This document shows, piece by piece, positions 43,594 through 52,295 of a DNA stretch of 64,000 nt (the first letter of the stretch is position 1; every line of letters starts with the position of its first letter). Position numbers and translations under genes: made by a program. Where the stretch lies: assembly GCA_936940865.1 (NCBI GenBank), contig CAKZJB010000081.1, positions 6,899 through 70,898 of the forward strand, given 5' to 3'. Below the pieces are notes generated by a model. It worked only from the letters and a program-made list of their open reading frames with translations, ran no database searches and was not told the DNA's origin. This DNA is from an uncultured Asticcacaulis sp. Its GTDB lineage: Bacteria; Pseudomonadota; Alphaproteobacteria; Caulobacterales; Caulobacteraceae.

Positions 43594-44888
43594 TTCTGAG
43601 GCTGTGCCTTGGCCTTCAGCGTAATGTCAACCTTGACCCCGGCCGGAATGGTGTCGGTCGACGCATAGTCGCCGGAACCGACACCGAAGGCGGTGCGGTC
43701 GAGTGCGGTCGATCCCTTCATGTCGGCGACGCCATTCCTGATCGTCAGGCTGAACGGCAGGTCAAGGGACTTCGTGACACCGTGCAGGGTCAGCTTGCCA
43801 TGGGCGACGAAGTGTGTCGCATCGGTCTTGCTGAACGACTTCGCTTCGAACAGCGCCTTGGGCGTCGCCGCGGTATTGAAGAAGGAGTCGCTTTGCAGCG
43901 TCGTGTCCCGGTCCTTGTCGCCCGACGAAACCGACGCCAGGTCGATCGCCACCTTCACGTGCGACTTCGCCAGTTGCTCGGGATCGAAGGCGATAGCCGT
44001 CGTGTAGCTGCCAAAGCTGCCGTTGATGGCCTCCCCCTGGAAGGTGGTGGCGAACGTAATCTTCGTCGCGCTCTTGTCGACCGCCCAAGTCGTGACCGCT
44101 GCGGGAGAGGACGCTGACGACGCTTCGGACCCCGCAGAGACCTGGGACGGGGCCAAGGACACGGCGCCAGCCGCGGCCGACGCCATGGCCGGCGGCGACG
44201 AACCCTCGGGCGGCGGCGCGCTCTTTTCCGGCGTGCCGCGATAGAGACCATAGCCCAGGACGACGGCCAGAAGCACGGTGCCGAGCGGAACGATCCAGCG
44301 CCAGTTGAGCAGCGGCCTGGGTTCGAGCCCCGGCACCATGTGCTCGACCACCTCATCCTTGTCGACGAACTGGTGCTTGAGCGCCGCCAGGACGTGCAAA
44401 GGGATCATGCCGTAGATGAGGAGCTTGGCGATAAGTCCATGAAGATTTTCGAAAAGCTCATGTGTGTCATGGGTCTGCGGCACCGGCAGATGCGGCATGT
44501 TGAACAGCCCGAAGAACGGAATATCGCGCGGCGAAGTGGAGACCATCGCCCAGCCGGTCAACGGCATGCCGATCATCACCACGTAGAAGCCAATATGCAG
44601 GGCCTTGGCCGCCATGAGTTGCCATTTCGGCATGGGTGGCTCGGCCGGCGCCTTGTAGGCCAGGCGGACGCCGATCCGGACGAAGCTCAGAAAAAGGATC
44701 AGGATGCCGGCCGATTTGTGCAGGTTTACGCGGGAAAGCCGCATCGAGTCATGGTCGCCAAGCCGCCAGCCCAGGAAAACCATGAAAAGGATCAGGCCGG
44801 CAATGATCCAATGCAGCCAGACCGACGCCAGATTGTAGGAGCGGCGCGTAAGCGGCAAACCGGCGGGAGCATTTTCAGGTATTGACAT
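43590..44888 (-). CDS. Cytochrome b561 - YceI-like fusion protein
   Basis: The N-terminal 4-TM b561 region has conserved His (VWLHWIIAGL, HKSAG, HIGFY, HGLIAKLL). A Pro/Ala/Ser linker follows. The C-terminal YceI-like domain reads WAVDKSATKITF...SSGDKDRDTTLQS...GKLTLHGVTK. Confidence 0.8.
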   Translation of the reverse strand: MSIPENAPAGLPLTRRSYNLASVWLHWIIAGLILFMVFLGWRLGDHDSMRLSRVNLHKSAGILILFLSFVRIGVRLAYKAPAEPPMPKWQLMAAKALHIGFYVVMIGMPLTGWAMVSTSPRDIPFFGLFNMPHLPVPQTHDTHELFENLHGLIAKLLIYGMIPLHVLAALKHQFVDKDEVVEHMVPGLEPRPLLNWRWIVPLGTVLLAVVLGYGLYRGTPEKSAPPPEGSSPPAMASAAAGAVSLAPSQVSAGSEASSASSPAAVTTWAVDKSATKITFATTFQGEAINGSFGSYTTAIAFDPEQLAKSHVKVAIDLASVSSGDKDRDTTLQSDSFFNTAATPKALFEAKSFSKTDATHFVAHGKLTLHGVTKSLDLPFSLTIRNGVADMKGSTALDRTAFGVGSGDYASTDTIPAGVKVDITLKAKAQPQK

Positions 44889-45007
44889 GGATGTCTCCGC
44901 ATTTGCAGCCCATTTATAGCATAGGCCGCACGACCGTCACGACAAAACAATCGCAACAACAACTATTACATATCGGAAGGCAGCGCGATTCCGCAAGGCC
45001 AAATAAG

Positions 45008-45023
45008 TTGACGTTAACGTAAA
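45008..45023 (+). promoter_or_regulatory. Palindromic operator TTGACGTTAACGTAAA upstream of the acyl-CoA dehydrogenase
   Basis: Same 16-mer family as 5685-5700. It lies 89 nt upstream of ATG 45112 and includes a TTGACG -35-like hexamer. Confidence 0.45.
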
Positions 45024-45111
45024 ATAGACTTGCCTGCCGTAGCGTCATACGGATTAGATGCCGCGAAACTACCGGCCGGTTCACCGCCGCACCAGACATC
45101 ACGGGAACGCC

Positions 45112-46872
45112 ATGACCTATCGCCCCTCCGTCAAGGACATCACCTTCTGTCTCGACCACGTACTCAGCATGGACGGCCATTATGGCAGCGCGGCCTTCCC
45201 GGATTTCGACAAGGATTTGCGCGATGCAGTGCTCGAAGCCGCGGGCCAGCTGGCCGGTGAGGTCCTGGCGCCGCTTAATCGCGCCGGCGACGCCGGCGGC
45301 ACCAAATTGAATGGCGATCGCGTCGAAGTGGCGCCGGGCTTTGTCGACGCGATTCGCGCCTATGCCGAAGGGGGCTGGTATGGCGTCGCGGCCGATCCCG
45401 CCTATGGCGGCCAGGGCCTGCCCAAGATGCTGGAACAGGCGTGCTTCGACATGTTCCACGGCGCCAACATGGCCTTCACGCTGCTGCCGACGCTTAGCCA
45501 GGGCGCCATCGAGGCGATCCACGCCCATGGCACGCAGGCTCAGAAGGACCTCTATCTGCCGAAACTGATCGCCGGCCAGTGGTCGGGCACCATGAACCTG
45601 ACCGAGCCGCAGGCCGGGTCCGACCTGGCGGCGCTGACCACGAAGGCCGAGCCGAACGGCGACGGCACCTATGCCATTACCGGGCAGAAAATCTTCATCA
45701 CCTGGGGCGAGCACGACGGCAGCGAGAATATCGTCCACCTCGTCCTGGCGCGCCTGCCCGACGCCCCGAAGGGCACGCGCGGCATTTCACTTTTCCTGTG
45801 CCCCAAGTTCGTGCTCGATGCAGATGGCAATCCCGGCCCGCGCAACTCCGTTCGGTGCGTCGGCCTGGAGCACAAGATGGGCATCCACGCCTCGCCCACC
45901 TGCGTCATGGCCTTCGAAGGCGCTACCGCCGAACCGATTGGCCCGCCGCACGGCGGCCTGGCCGCCATGTTCACCATGATGAACGCCGCCCGCCTGGCCG
46001 TAGGCTTCGAGGGCGTAGGTGTCGCCGACGCGGCCTGGCAGAAGGCGCGCGCCTATGCCGCCGAACGCCGCCAGGGCAAGTCCCTGATCACCGGGGCCGA
46101 CAGCGCCGTCATCTATGACCACGCCGATGTCCGGCTGATGCTGGCGTTGATGAAGGCCAGGATCGAGGCTGCGCGCGCCATCTGCATGGCCGCGGCCTCA
46201 GCCATCGACGAGGGCCGGTTGGGCGGCGGCGATGCCGCCAAGCGCCGCGAGGACTTCCTGGTGCCGATCGCCAAGGCGTGGTCGACCGACATGGCCGTCG
46301 ACGTCGCCTCCATGGGCGTCCAGGTTCACGGCGGCATGGGCTTTATCGAGGAGACAGGCGCCGCCCAGTATTACCGCGACGCCCGCATCGCCCCGATCTA
46401 CGAAGGCACGAACGGTATCCAGGCCGCCGATCTGGTCGGCCGCAAGCTGGGCAGCGACGGCACGGCCGCGAAGGAACTGGAGGCGGATATCAAATTTTTC
46501 CTATCAGACAACATTTTGATGGCAAACTTTAAAGTCGAAGCTGAAATTTTGTCGCAGGCGCTGACCGCATTCTCCGATGCCACGGCGCACTTGCTGGCGC
46601 AAAAGGCGGCCCAGCCGCTCGACGTGGCGGCAGGGGCGACGACGTATCTCAAACTGTCCGGTGACCTGGTCGGCGGCTGGCTGCTGCTCAAGGGCGCGCT
46701 GGCGGCCAAGGCGATGATCGACACCGACGAAGGCGATACGGCGTGGCTGAGCGACCGCGTCCGGCTGATGCGCGTCTATTTCGCTCATGTCCTGCCGCAT
46801 GCCTCGGCGCATTTGGCAGCCATCCGCTCAGGCTTTGGGGCTCTGGAAGGCCTTGAGATCGCGGTGGATTAA
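45112..46872 (+). CDS. Long-type acyl-CoA dehydrogenase
   Basis: 586 aa from ATG 45112. It has the ACAD signature QYYRDARIAPIYEGTNGIQAADLVGRKL and an extended C-terminal domain. Confidence 0.85.
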   Translation: MTYRPSVKDITFCLDHVLSMDGHYGSAAFPDFDKDLRDAVLEAAGQLAGEVLAPLNRAGDAGGTKLNGDRVEVAPGFVDAIRAYAEGGWYGVAADPAYGGQGLPKMLEQACFDMFHGANMAFTLLPTLSQGAIEAIHAHGTQAQKDLYLPKLIAGQWSGTMNLTEPQAGSDLAALTTKAEPNGDGTYAITGQKIFITWGEHDGSENIVHLVLARLPDAPKGTRGISLFLCPKFVLDADGNPGPRNSVRCVGLEHKMGIHASPTCVMAFEGATAEPIGPPHGGLAAMFTMMNAARLAVGFEGVGVADAAWQKARAYAAERRQGKSLITGADSAVIYDHADVRLMLALMKARIEAARAICMAAASAIDEGRLGGGDAAKRREDFLVPIAKAWSTDMAVDVASMGVQVHGGMGFIEETGAAQYYRDARIAPIYEGTNGIQAADLVGRKLGSDGTAAKELEADIKFFLSDNILMANFKVEAEILSQALTAFSDATAHLLAQKAAQPLDVAAGATTYLKLSGDLVGGWLLLKGALAAKAMIDTDEGDTAWLSDRVRLMRVYFAHVLPHASAHLAAIRSGFGALEGLEIAVD

Positions 46873-46879
46873 GAAGGGT

Positions 46880-47051
46880 ATCCACAGATTACACAGATTT
46901 CACAGATTATTCAGCGTCCTATGGCGATCGCATTGCGCTCGACTTGAAACGAAAAAAGACGGCGCATAGCGCCGTCCCCAATCGGTTTTAGTCTGACCTC
47001 AGCAGACCGGCCACGCCCGGACCGATCTGTGATATCTGTGTAATCTGTGAT
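46880..47051. repeat. CACAGAT-type MITE-like element enclosing a terminator hairpin
   Basis: Left end is the identical 29-mer (46880-46908). Right TIR is ATCTGTGATATCTGTGTAATCTGTGAT (47025-47051). The interior holds GACGGCGC-ATA-GCGCCGTC flanked by an A6 run, which acts as a terminator for the minus-strand protease gene. Confidence 0.75.
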
Positions 47052-47058
47052 CGCTTCC

Positions 47059-47943
47059 TTAGTGCCCGTCGATCGTCTCACCATTCATAGGCTTGGCGGC
47101 CTGGGTGGCCGTACCGGTATTGGAATTACCCGTCATATCGGTCGTGTCGGTCGCCGCACCGCCCGGCACATCGCGGGCCGCCGCCACCGGCTTGACGGCG
47201 CGCAGGGGCGCCACGCCGGACGACTGCGCCTTGAGCATCAGGTCGATCGTCTGGCGCACGAAGACGGCATCGGTCACAACGCCCAATTCCAGGCGCTGGT
47301 TCTCATCCTCGACCTGCTTGATCAGGATGCCGGCGACGAAACCGCCAGCCTTCGAGCCATTCTTGATAAACACCGGTCCGCCGGAATTGCCGGGCACAGC
47401 CGTCAGGTCGATCAGGAAGGTCGGATAGGCCGCCGTCGGCGATACCGGATAGGAGGCCAGCTTGCCGGCCCGCAGGATGGGGAAGCCGGAAATGTTGGCC
47501 GACAGGCCATGCGGATAGCCGAGCGTCATCATTTCGTCGCCCGGATCGACATGCTGGGCGTCGAATGTACCCTCGTCGGCCAGGAGGCTTTCCGGAATGA
47601 CCTGGTCGCGGATGCTTTCGGGCACCTTGACCGGGATGACGGCGATGTCCTGGGTCGGATGCTGGGTATAGAGCGCCCCATCCTTGCCGCGAATGGTGAT
47701 GTTCGACGGCATGTAGGACCAGTTGCCCTTGGCGCCCGGCACGCGCCAGCCGATGCGGACTTCGGGCGCCGGCATCTTTTCGAAAACGTGGGCGGCCGTC
47801 ACCAGCACGACCTGCGGCGAGCCGCCCGGAGTCGGCACCGATACCAGGAATCCGGTCCCGACCATGCGCTTGGCGTCGCTGATCGGCTGATCAATCTGCA
47901 CCGTGGCCTTGATCAGCGCCACTGTCAGGTCGGCATCAATCAT
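47059..47943 (-). CDS. Trypsin-like (S1/PF13365-type) serine peptidase without an obvious signal peptide
   Basis: GTGFLV...VLVTAAHVF (His), a later Asp, and PGNSGGPVF (Ser). A low-complexity C-terminal tail. The N-terminus MIDADLTVALIKATVQ is not signal-like. Confidence 0.7.
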   Translation of the reverse strand: MIDADLTVALIKATVQIDQPISDAKRMVGTGFLVSVPTPGGSPQVVLVTAAHVFEKMPAPEVRIGWRVPGAKGNWSYMPSNITIRGKDGALYTQHPTQDIAVIPVKVPESIRDQVIPESLLADEGTFDAQHVDPGDEMMTLGYPHGLSANISGFPILRAGKLASYPVSPTAAYPTFLIDLTAVPGNSGGPVFIKNGSKAGGFVAGILIKQVEDENQRLELGVVTDAVFVRQTIDLMLKAQSSGVAPLRAVKPVAAARDVPGGAATDTTDMTGNSNTGTATQAAKPMNGETIDGH

Positions 47944-48185
47944 CCCTGATTATCCCCCGTACTCCGCTTGAAACTCTTCGATGAAGACGCCCGTTCAAGG
48001 GCACCGGCGCCAAACGCACCGCGCAGACATAAACATATTTGACGCTTTTGCGCGAATGGGTCAAACGGTTAACCTAATCTGACCCAGCTTGTCGCTTCTG
48101 AAAAGCCGTCCTGACACACTTGGACACGGTTTCGCGCCAGGTCTGGCTTTGCCGCCACAGTATCCCTATTGCGAGATTTTCGAAC

Positions 48186-50330
48186 GTGACCAAGGTATTG
48201 CCCACCGCCCCCCGCCCTGCCCGCATTCCGCACGAGATCGAACAGCTGGGGTTCAGGCGCATCGACGAATACCACTGGATGAAGGACGACAACTGGCAGG
48301 CGGTCCTGCGCGATCCCTCGCTCATAAAGGCGGAAGTCAGGACGGCGCTTGAGGCCGAGAACGCCTATTCCGCCGAAATGCTCGCGGAAACAAAGGCTTT
48401 GCAGGAGGACATCTTCCAGGAGATGAAGGGCCGCATCAAGGAGGACGATGCCGGCGTGCCATCCCCGGACGGACCGTTCGAGTATTACAGCCGCTACGAT
48501 ATCGGCGGCCAGCACCCGGTTATCGCCCGCCGCCCGCGCAACGAGGCCCCATTCGGCACGCCGCTGCCCTCCGTCGAGGAGACCCGTGCCGTCGAAGAGG
48601 TCCTGCTCGACGAGGACGCCCGCGCCAGGGAGATGAAGGCGCAGGGTTTCGACTTCTACGAAACCGCCGATGCCCAGCACAGCCCCGACCACAGCCTGTT
48701 CGCCTGGGGCGAAGACACGCAAGGCTCGGAATATTTCCGCGTCTACGTCAAGGATCTGAAGACCGGCGAAATCCTTCCCGATCCGATCGAAAGCTGCAAC
48801 GGCGGCTTTACCTTCTCGCCCTGCTCGCAATGGATCTTCTGGGTTTGGCGCGACGAGAATTCGCGCCCGGCGAAGATTTTCCGCCGGCCGGCGCGCGGCG
48901 GCGAGGACGTCCTGGTCTATGACGAACCCGACGACGGCTTCTTTATTCATGTCGGCACGCTGAGTTCGGACGCCTTTATCTCGATCGGCACAGGCAATCA
49001 CGAAACCAGCGAGACCTGGCTGATCCCGGCATCCGATCCGACCGCCGCGCCGGCATGCGTGGCGACACGCGTCGACGGCGTACAGTACGATGTCGACCAC
49101 TGGGACGACCGCTTCGTCATCCGCACCAACGCCGACGGCGCGGTGGACTTCAAGCTCATGGAATCGACGGCTAAGCATCCGGCGCGGGATACCTGGACCG
49201 ACCGCGTGCCGTACCGCCCGGGCGTTTATATTACCGGCGCCGGCGTCTTCAAACGCCATATGGTCCGCGTCGAGCGTCACAACGCCAATACGCGCATCGT
49301 CATCACCCGCAAGGCCGACGGCGCCGAGCACACCATCGCGGTGGCCGAGGAGGCCTACAGCCTGGGCATGTCGGGCGGCTACGAATACGACACCGACGTC
49401 CTGCGCTATGGCTACACTTCGCCGACCACGCCGGCCCAGACCTTCGACTACAACATGGAGACGCGTGAGCAGGTCCTTCGCAAGACCCAGGTCATCCCGT
49501 CGGGCCACACGCCCGCGGACTATGTCGCAAAGCGCCTCTATGCCAAGGCCCCCGACGGCGAGGACGTGCCTGTGACGGTGCTGATGAAGGCAGGCACGAA
49601 ACTCGACGGCTCGGCGCCGCTTTTGCTCTACGGTTACGGCTCATACGGCATGTCGATGGATCCGGGCTTCTCGATCCGGTCCTTAAGCCTGGTCAATCGT
49701 GGATGGATCTACGCCATCGCCCATATTCGCGGCGGCACCGAAAAAGGATACGGCTGGTTCCTCGACGGCCGCAAGGAGAAGAAGACCAACACCTTCACCG
49801 ACTTCATCGCCTGCGCCGAAACGCTGATCAAGGACGGCTATACCGCGGCCGGACGTATCGTCGCCTATGGAGGGTCCGCCGGCGGCATGCTGATGGGCGC
49901 GGTCGCCAATATGCGCCCCGACCTGTGGGCCGGCGTCATCGGCGCCGTTCCGTTCGTGGATGTATTGAACACGATGAGCGATACCACCCTGCCGCTGACG
50001 CCGCCGGAATGGCCGGAATGGGGTAACCCGCTCGAAGACAAGACCGCGTACGAAACCATCCGCGCCTACAGTCCCTATGACAATATCGACGCCCGTCCCT
50101 ACCCGCCGGTACTGGCGACCGGGGGCCTGTCCGACCCGCGCGTCACCTATTGGGAACCAATGAAATGGATCGCGCGCCTGCGCGAAAAATCGACGTCCGA
50201 CGCGCCGATGCTGCTGAAAATCAACATGGACGCGGGCCATGGCGGCGCGTCGGGCCGCTTCGACTTCCTGAAGGAAATCGCCTTCGACTATGCCTTCGCC
50301 ATCTGGGCCGTCGAAAAGGGATGGAAATGA
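48186..50330 (+). CDS. ptrB: Oligopeptidase B (S9A prolyl-oligopeptidase family)
   Basis: PARIPHE...RIDEYHWMKDDNW at the N-terminus is like PtrB. Catalytic GGSAGGMLMG, then D and H in the C-terminal domain. Start proposed at GTG 48186; the track start 48120 is a TTG. Confidence 0.85.
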   Translation: MTKVLPTAPRPARIPHEIEQLGFRRIDEYHWMKDDNWQAVLRDPSLIKAEVRTALEAENAYSAEMLAETKALQEDIFQEMKGRIKEDDAGVPSPDGPFEYYSRYDIGGQHPVIARRPRNEAPFGTPLPSVEETRAVEEVLLDEDARAREMKAQGFDFYETADAQHSPDHSLFAWGEDTQGSEYFRVYVKDLKTGEILPDPIESCNGGFTFSPCSQWIFWVWRDENSRPAKIFRRPARGGEDVLVYDEPDDGFFIHVGTLSSDAFISIGTGNHETSETWLIPASDPTAAPACVATRVDGVQYDVDHWDDRFVIRTNADGAVDFKLMESTAKHPARDTWTDRVPYRPGVYITGAGVFKRHMVRVERHNANTRIVITRKADGAEHTIAVAEEAYSLGMSGGYEYDTDVLRYGYTSPTTPAQTFDYNMETREQVLRKTQVIPSGHTPADYVAKRLYAKAPDGEDVPVTVLMKAGTKLDGSAPLLLYGYGSYGMSMDPGFSIRSLSLVNRGWIYAIAHIRGGTEKGYGWFLDGRKEKKTNTFTDFIACAETLIKDGYTAAGRIVAYGGSAGGMLMGAVANMRPDLWAGVIGAVPFVDVLNTMSDTTLPLTPPEWPEWGNPLEDKTAYETIRAYSPYDNIDARPYPPVLATGGLSDPRVTYWEPMKWIARLREKSTSDAPMLLKINMDAGHGGASGRFDFLKEIAFDYAFAIWAVEKGWK

Positions 50331-50863
50331 TGGATATCCGCGACGCGACGGAAGCCGATTTCGACGCCATCACCGCCATATACGCCTGGAATGTTATGAA
50401 CGGCACCGGGACCTTTGCGCTGGAGCCACCGTCACGCGACGACATGCTGGCCAGTTTCCACAGCCTCCAGGCCATGAGGCTGCCCTATCTTATCGCCACC
50501 GAGGGAGATACGATCCTCGGCTACGCCTACGCGGCGCCGTTCCGCACGCGCCCGGCCTATCGCTATGGCGTGGAAGACAGCATCTATCTGGCGCCTCAGG
50601 CTGTGGGCAGGGGCGTGGGAAAGGCCCTGCTTCAGCGCCTGATCGAAATGTGCACGGCGCGCGGCCTATATTCGATGATCGCGGTGATCGGCGATAGCGC
50701 CAACGCCGCCTCGATCGGCGTGCACCGGTCTTGCGGCTTTACGCAAACCGGCACCCTGCCCAATGCCGGATTCAAGTTCGGCCGCTGGCTCGACGTCGTC
50801 TTCATGACGCGTGAATTGCGCATGCTCGACGCCGTACCCGAGGGCGGCGGCTGGGCGGATTAG
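50321..50863 (+). CDS. GNAT N-acetyltransferase (phosphinothricin-acetyltransferase-like)
   Basis: IRDATEADFDAITAIY...GRGVGKALLQRLIE has the acetyl-CoA loop Q/RxxGxG/A. The start is one of ATG 50321, 50327 or 50330, overlapping the ptrB stop. Confidence 0.8.
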   Translation: MEMMDIRDATEADFDAITAIYAWNVMNGTGTFALEPPSRDDMLASFHSLQAMRLPYLIATEGDTILGYAYAAPFRTRPAYRYGVEDSIYLAPQAVGRGVGKALLQRLIEMCTARGLYSMIAVIGDSANAASIGVHRSCGFTQTGTLPNAGFKFGRWLDVVFMTRELRMLDAVPEGGGWAD

Positions 50864-50881
50864 GAATGTGGGAAGAGAGAG

Positions 50882-50955
50882 TGGCTGGGGAACTAGGACT
50901 CGAACCTAGAAAAACGGTACCAAAAACCGGTGTGTTACCATTACACCATTCCCCA
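50882..50955 (-). tRNA. tRNA-Gln (anticodon UUG)
   Basis: The minus strand TGGGGAATGGTGTAATGGTAACACACCGGTTTTTGGTACCGTTTTTCTAGGTTCGAGTCCTAGTTCCCCAGCCA folds as a cloverleaf: acceptor TGGGGAA/TTCCCCA, T arm CTAGG-TTCGAGT-CCTAG, anticodon loop TTTTGGT. It closely parallels E. coli tRNA-Gln and has an encoded CCA. Confidence 0.85.
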
Positions 50956-51093
50956 GCAGGGACATGCCGACCGGAGCCGGCATCGGTTCGCTTGTATTCG
51001 CGAAGGCGGCTTCACTAGCGCACGCGGATGAAGCTTGCAATCCCCTTCCTGCGCTTTTCGGTCAATTTTTCAACAGCCTTTTTGATAACGCCA

Positions 51094-51798
51094 ATGTCCG
51101 AGCCCGCCCTGCCCCGTCTGATCGTCCTGCCTGGCCTCGATGGCGGCGATTTGCTGTTCGAAAACCTGCGGGTGGCGCTTGCCGGCCGGGCAGGCATGGA
51201 GGTTGTCCCCCTGCCGGTGACGGGACCGCAAACCTATGATGGACTGGCGGATGGCTTGGCCGCCAGCCTTCCGCAAAGTGGGGATTACGTCCTGTTGGCT
51301 CATTCTTTTGGCGGCCCCCTGGCGATACTGCTGGCGGGCAAAGCGAAACACAAACCCAAAGGGCTGATTCTCGGCGCGACCTTCGTTCGCAATCCCTGGC
51401 CGCTGATGGGCGGCATTATCAAGGCGGCGCTTCCCTCCTTCCTGCATCCCAAATCCTTGCCGGTGATCGAAGCCACCTTGCTCAAATCCGGCGATCATGA
51501 AACGGCATACCGCATTTACCAGCATCTTTCCGAAATCGGAGTGAATGTCCTTAGCGAACGCGTAAAGACCGTCTTGTCATGCGACATTAGAAAAGCGCTG
51601 CAAACTCTCTCGATACCAGTACTTTATGTTCAGGGACGAAACGACCGGCTGATCACGGCCGCGCACGGACAGCTTTTGCAAGCGACGGGCAGGACCGTAC
51701 AGATCGCGAAGGTCGATGCGCCGCACCTCGTCTTCCAATATGACATGGCTTTGACGATGGAAACCGTCCTCCTGCCCTTTTTGCGCAGCTTGATATGA
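51094..51798 (+). CDS. Alpha/beta hydrolase
   Basis: PRLIVLPGLDGG...LLAHSFGGP (nucleophile elbow). Lower GC than its neighbours. The start could be ATG 51094 or 51028. Confidence 0.7.
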   Translation: MSEPALPRLIVLPGLDGGDLLFENLRVALAGRAGMEVVPLPVTGPQTYDGLADGLAASLPQSGDYVLLAHSFGGPLAILLAGKAKHKPKGLILGATFVRNPWPLMGGIIKAALPSFLHPKSLPVIEATLLKSGDHETAYRIYQHLSEIGVNVLSERVKTVLSCDIRKALQTLSIPVLYVQGRNDRLITAAHGQLLQATGRTVQIAKVDAPHLVFQYDMALTMETVLLPFLRSLI

Positions 51799-52265
51799 AA
51801 CCTTACCTTCTTTCTGAAGTTGAAACCTATAGCTACCTGCTTTCAAAGAGCTTTTTGCAATTGACTGGACGCCCCATACTGCCAGGCCTGCCGCGCGATT
51901 CCGCGGCGCTGGCCGAAGCCATGTTCAATGCCCCCTGCCCGATCGTGTCACATGGCACCGAAGCCGATCCCATCTTCCGCTATGCCAACCAGGCCGCGCT
52001 CGACCTGTGGGAAATGGACTGGGATACCTTCACCCGCCTGCCATCGCGTCTCAGCGCTGAGATCAACAGCGACACCCAGGCCGACCGCGACAGTCACCTG
52101 GAAGAGGCCTTGAAACACGGCGTCGTCGAAGGCCTGACTGGCGTCCGCATCTCAAGCAAAGGCCGGCGCTTCGAGATACGCGACACCACTCTTTGGACCG
52201 TGGTCGATACCGCGGCAATCCGCCACGGTCAGGCAGCGATCATCGGCAACTGGCAATACCTTTAA
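51795..52265 (+). CDS. MEKHLA (PAS-like) domain protein
   Basis: PIFRYANQAALDLWEMDWDTFTRLPSRLSAE...GVRISSKGRRFEIRDTTLWTVVD matches the MEKHLA family pattern as I remember it. Its ATG overlaps the hydrolase stop (ATGA). Confidence 0.7.
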   Translation: MKPYLLSEVETYSYLLSKSFLQLTGRPILPGLPRDSAALAEAMFNAPCPIVSHGTEADPIFRYANQAALDLWEMDWDTFTRLPSRLSAEINSDTQADRDSHLEEALKHGVVEGLTGVRISSKGRRFEIRDTTLWTVVDTAAIRHGQAAIIGNWQYL

Positions 52266-52295
52266 GTTTACAGGGCTTTGTGATATCGCACCGCC

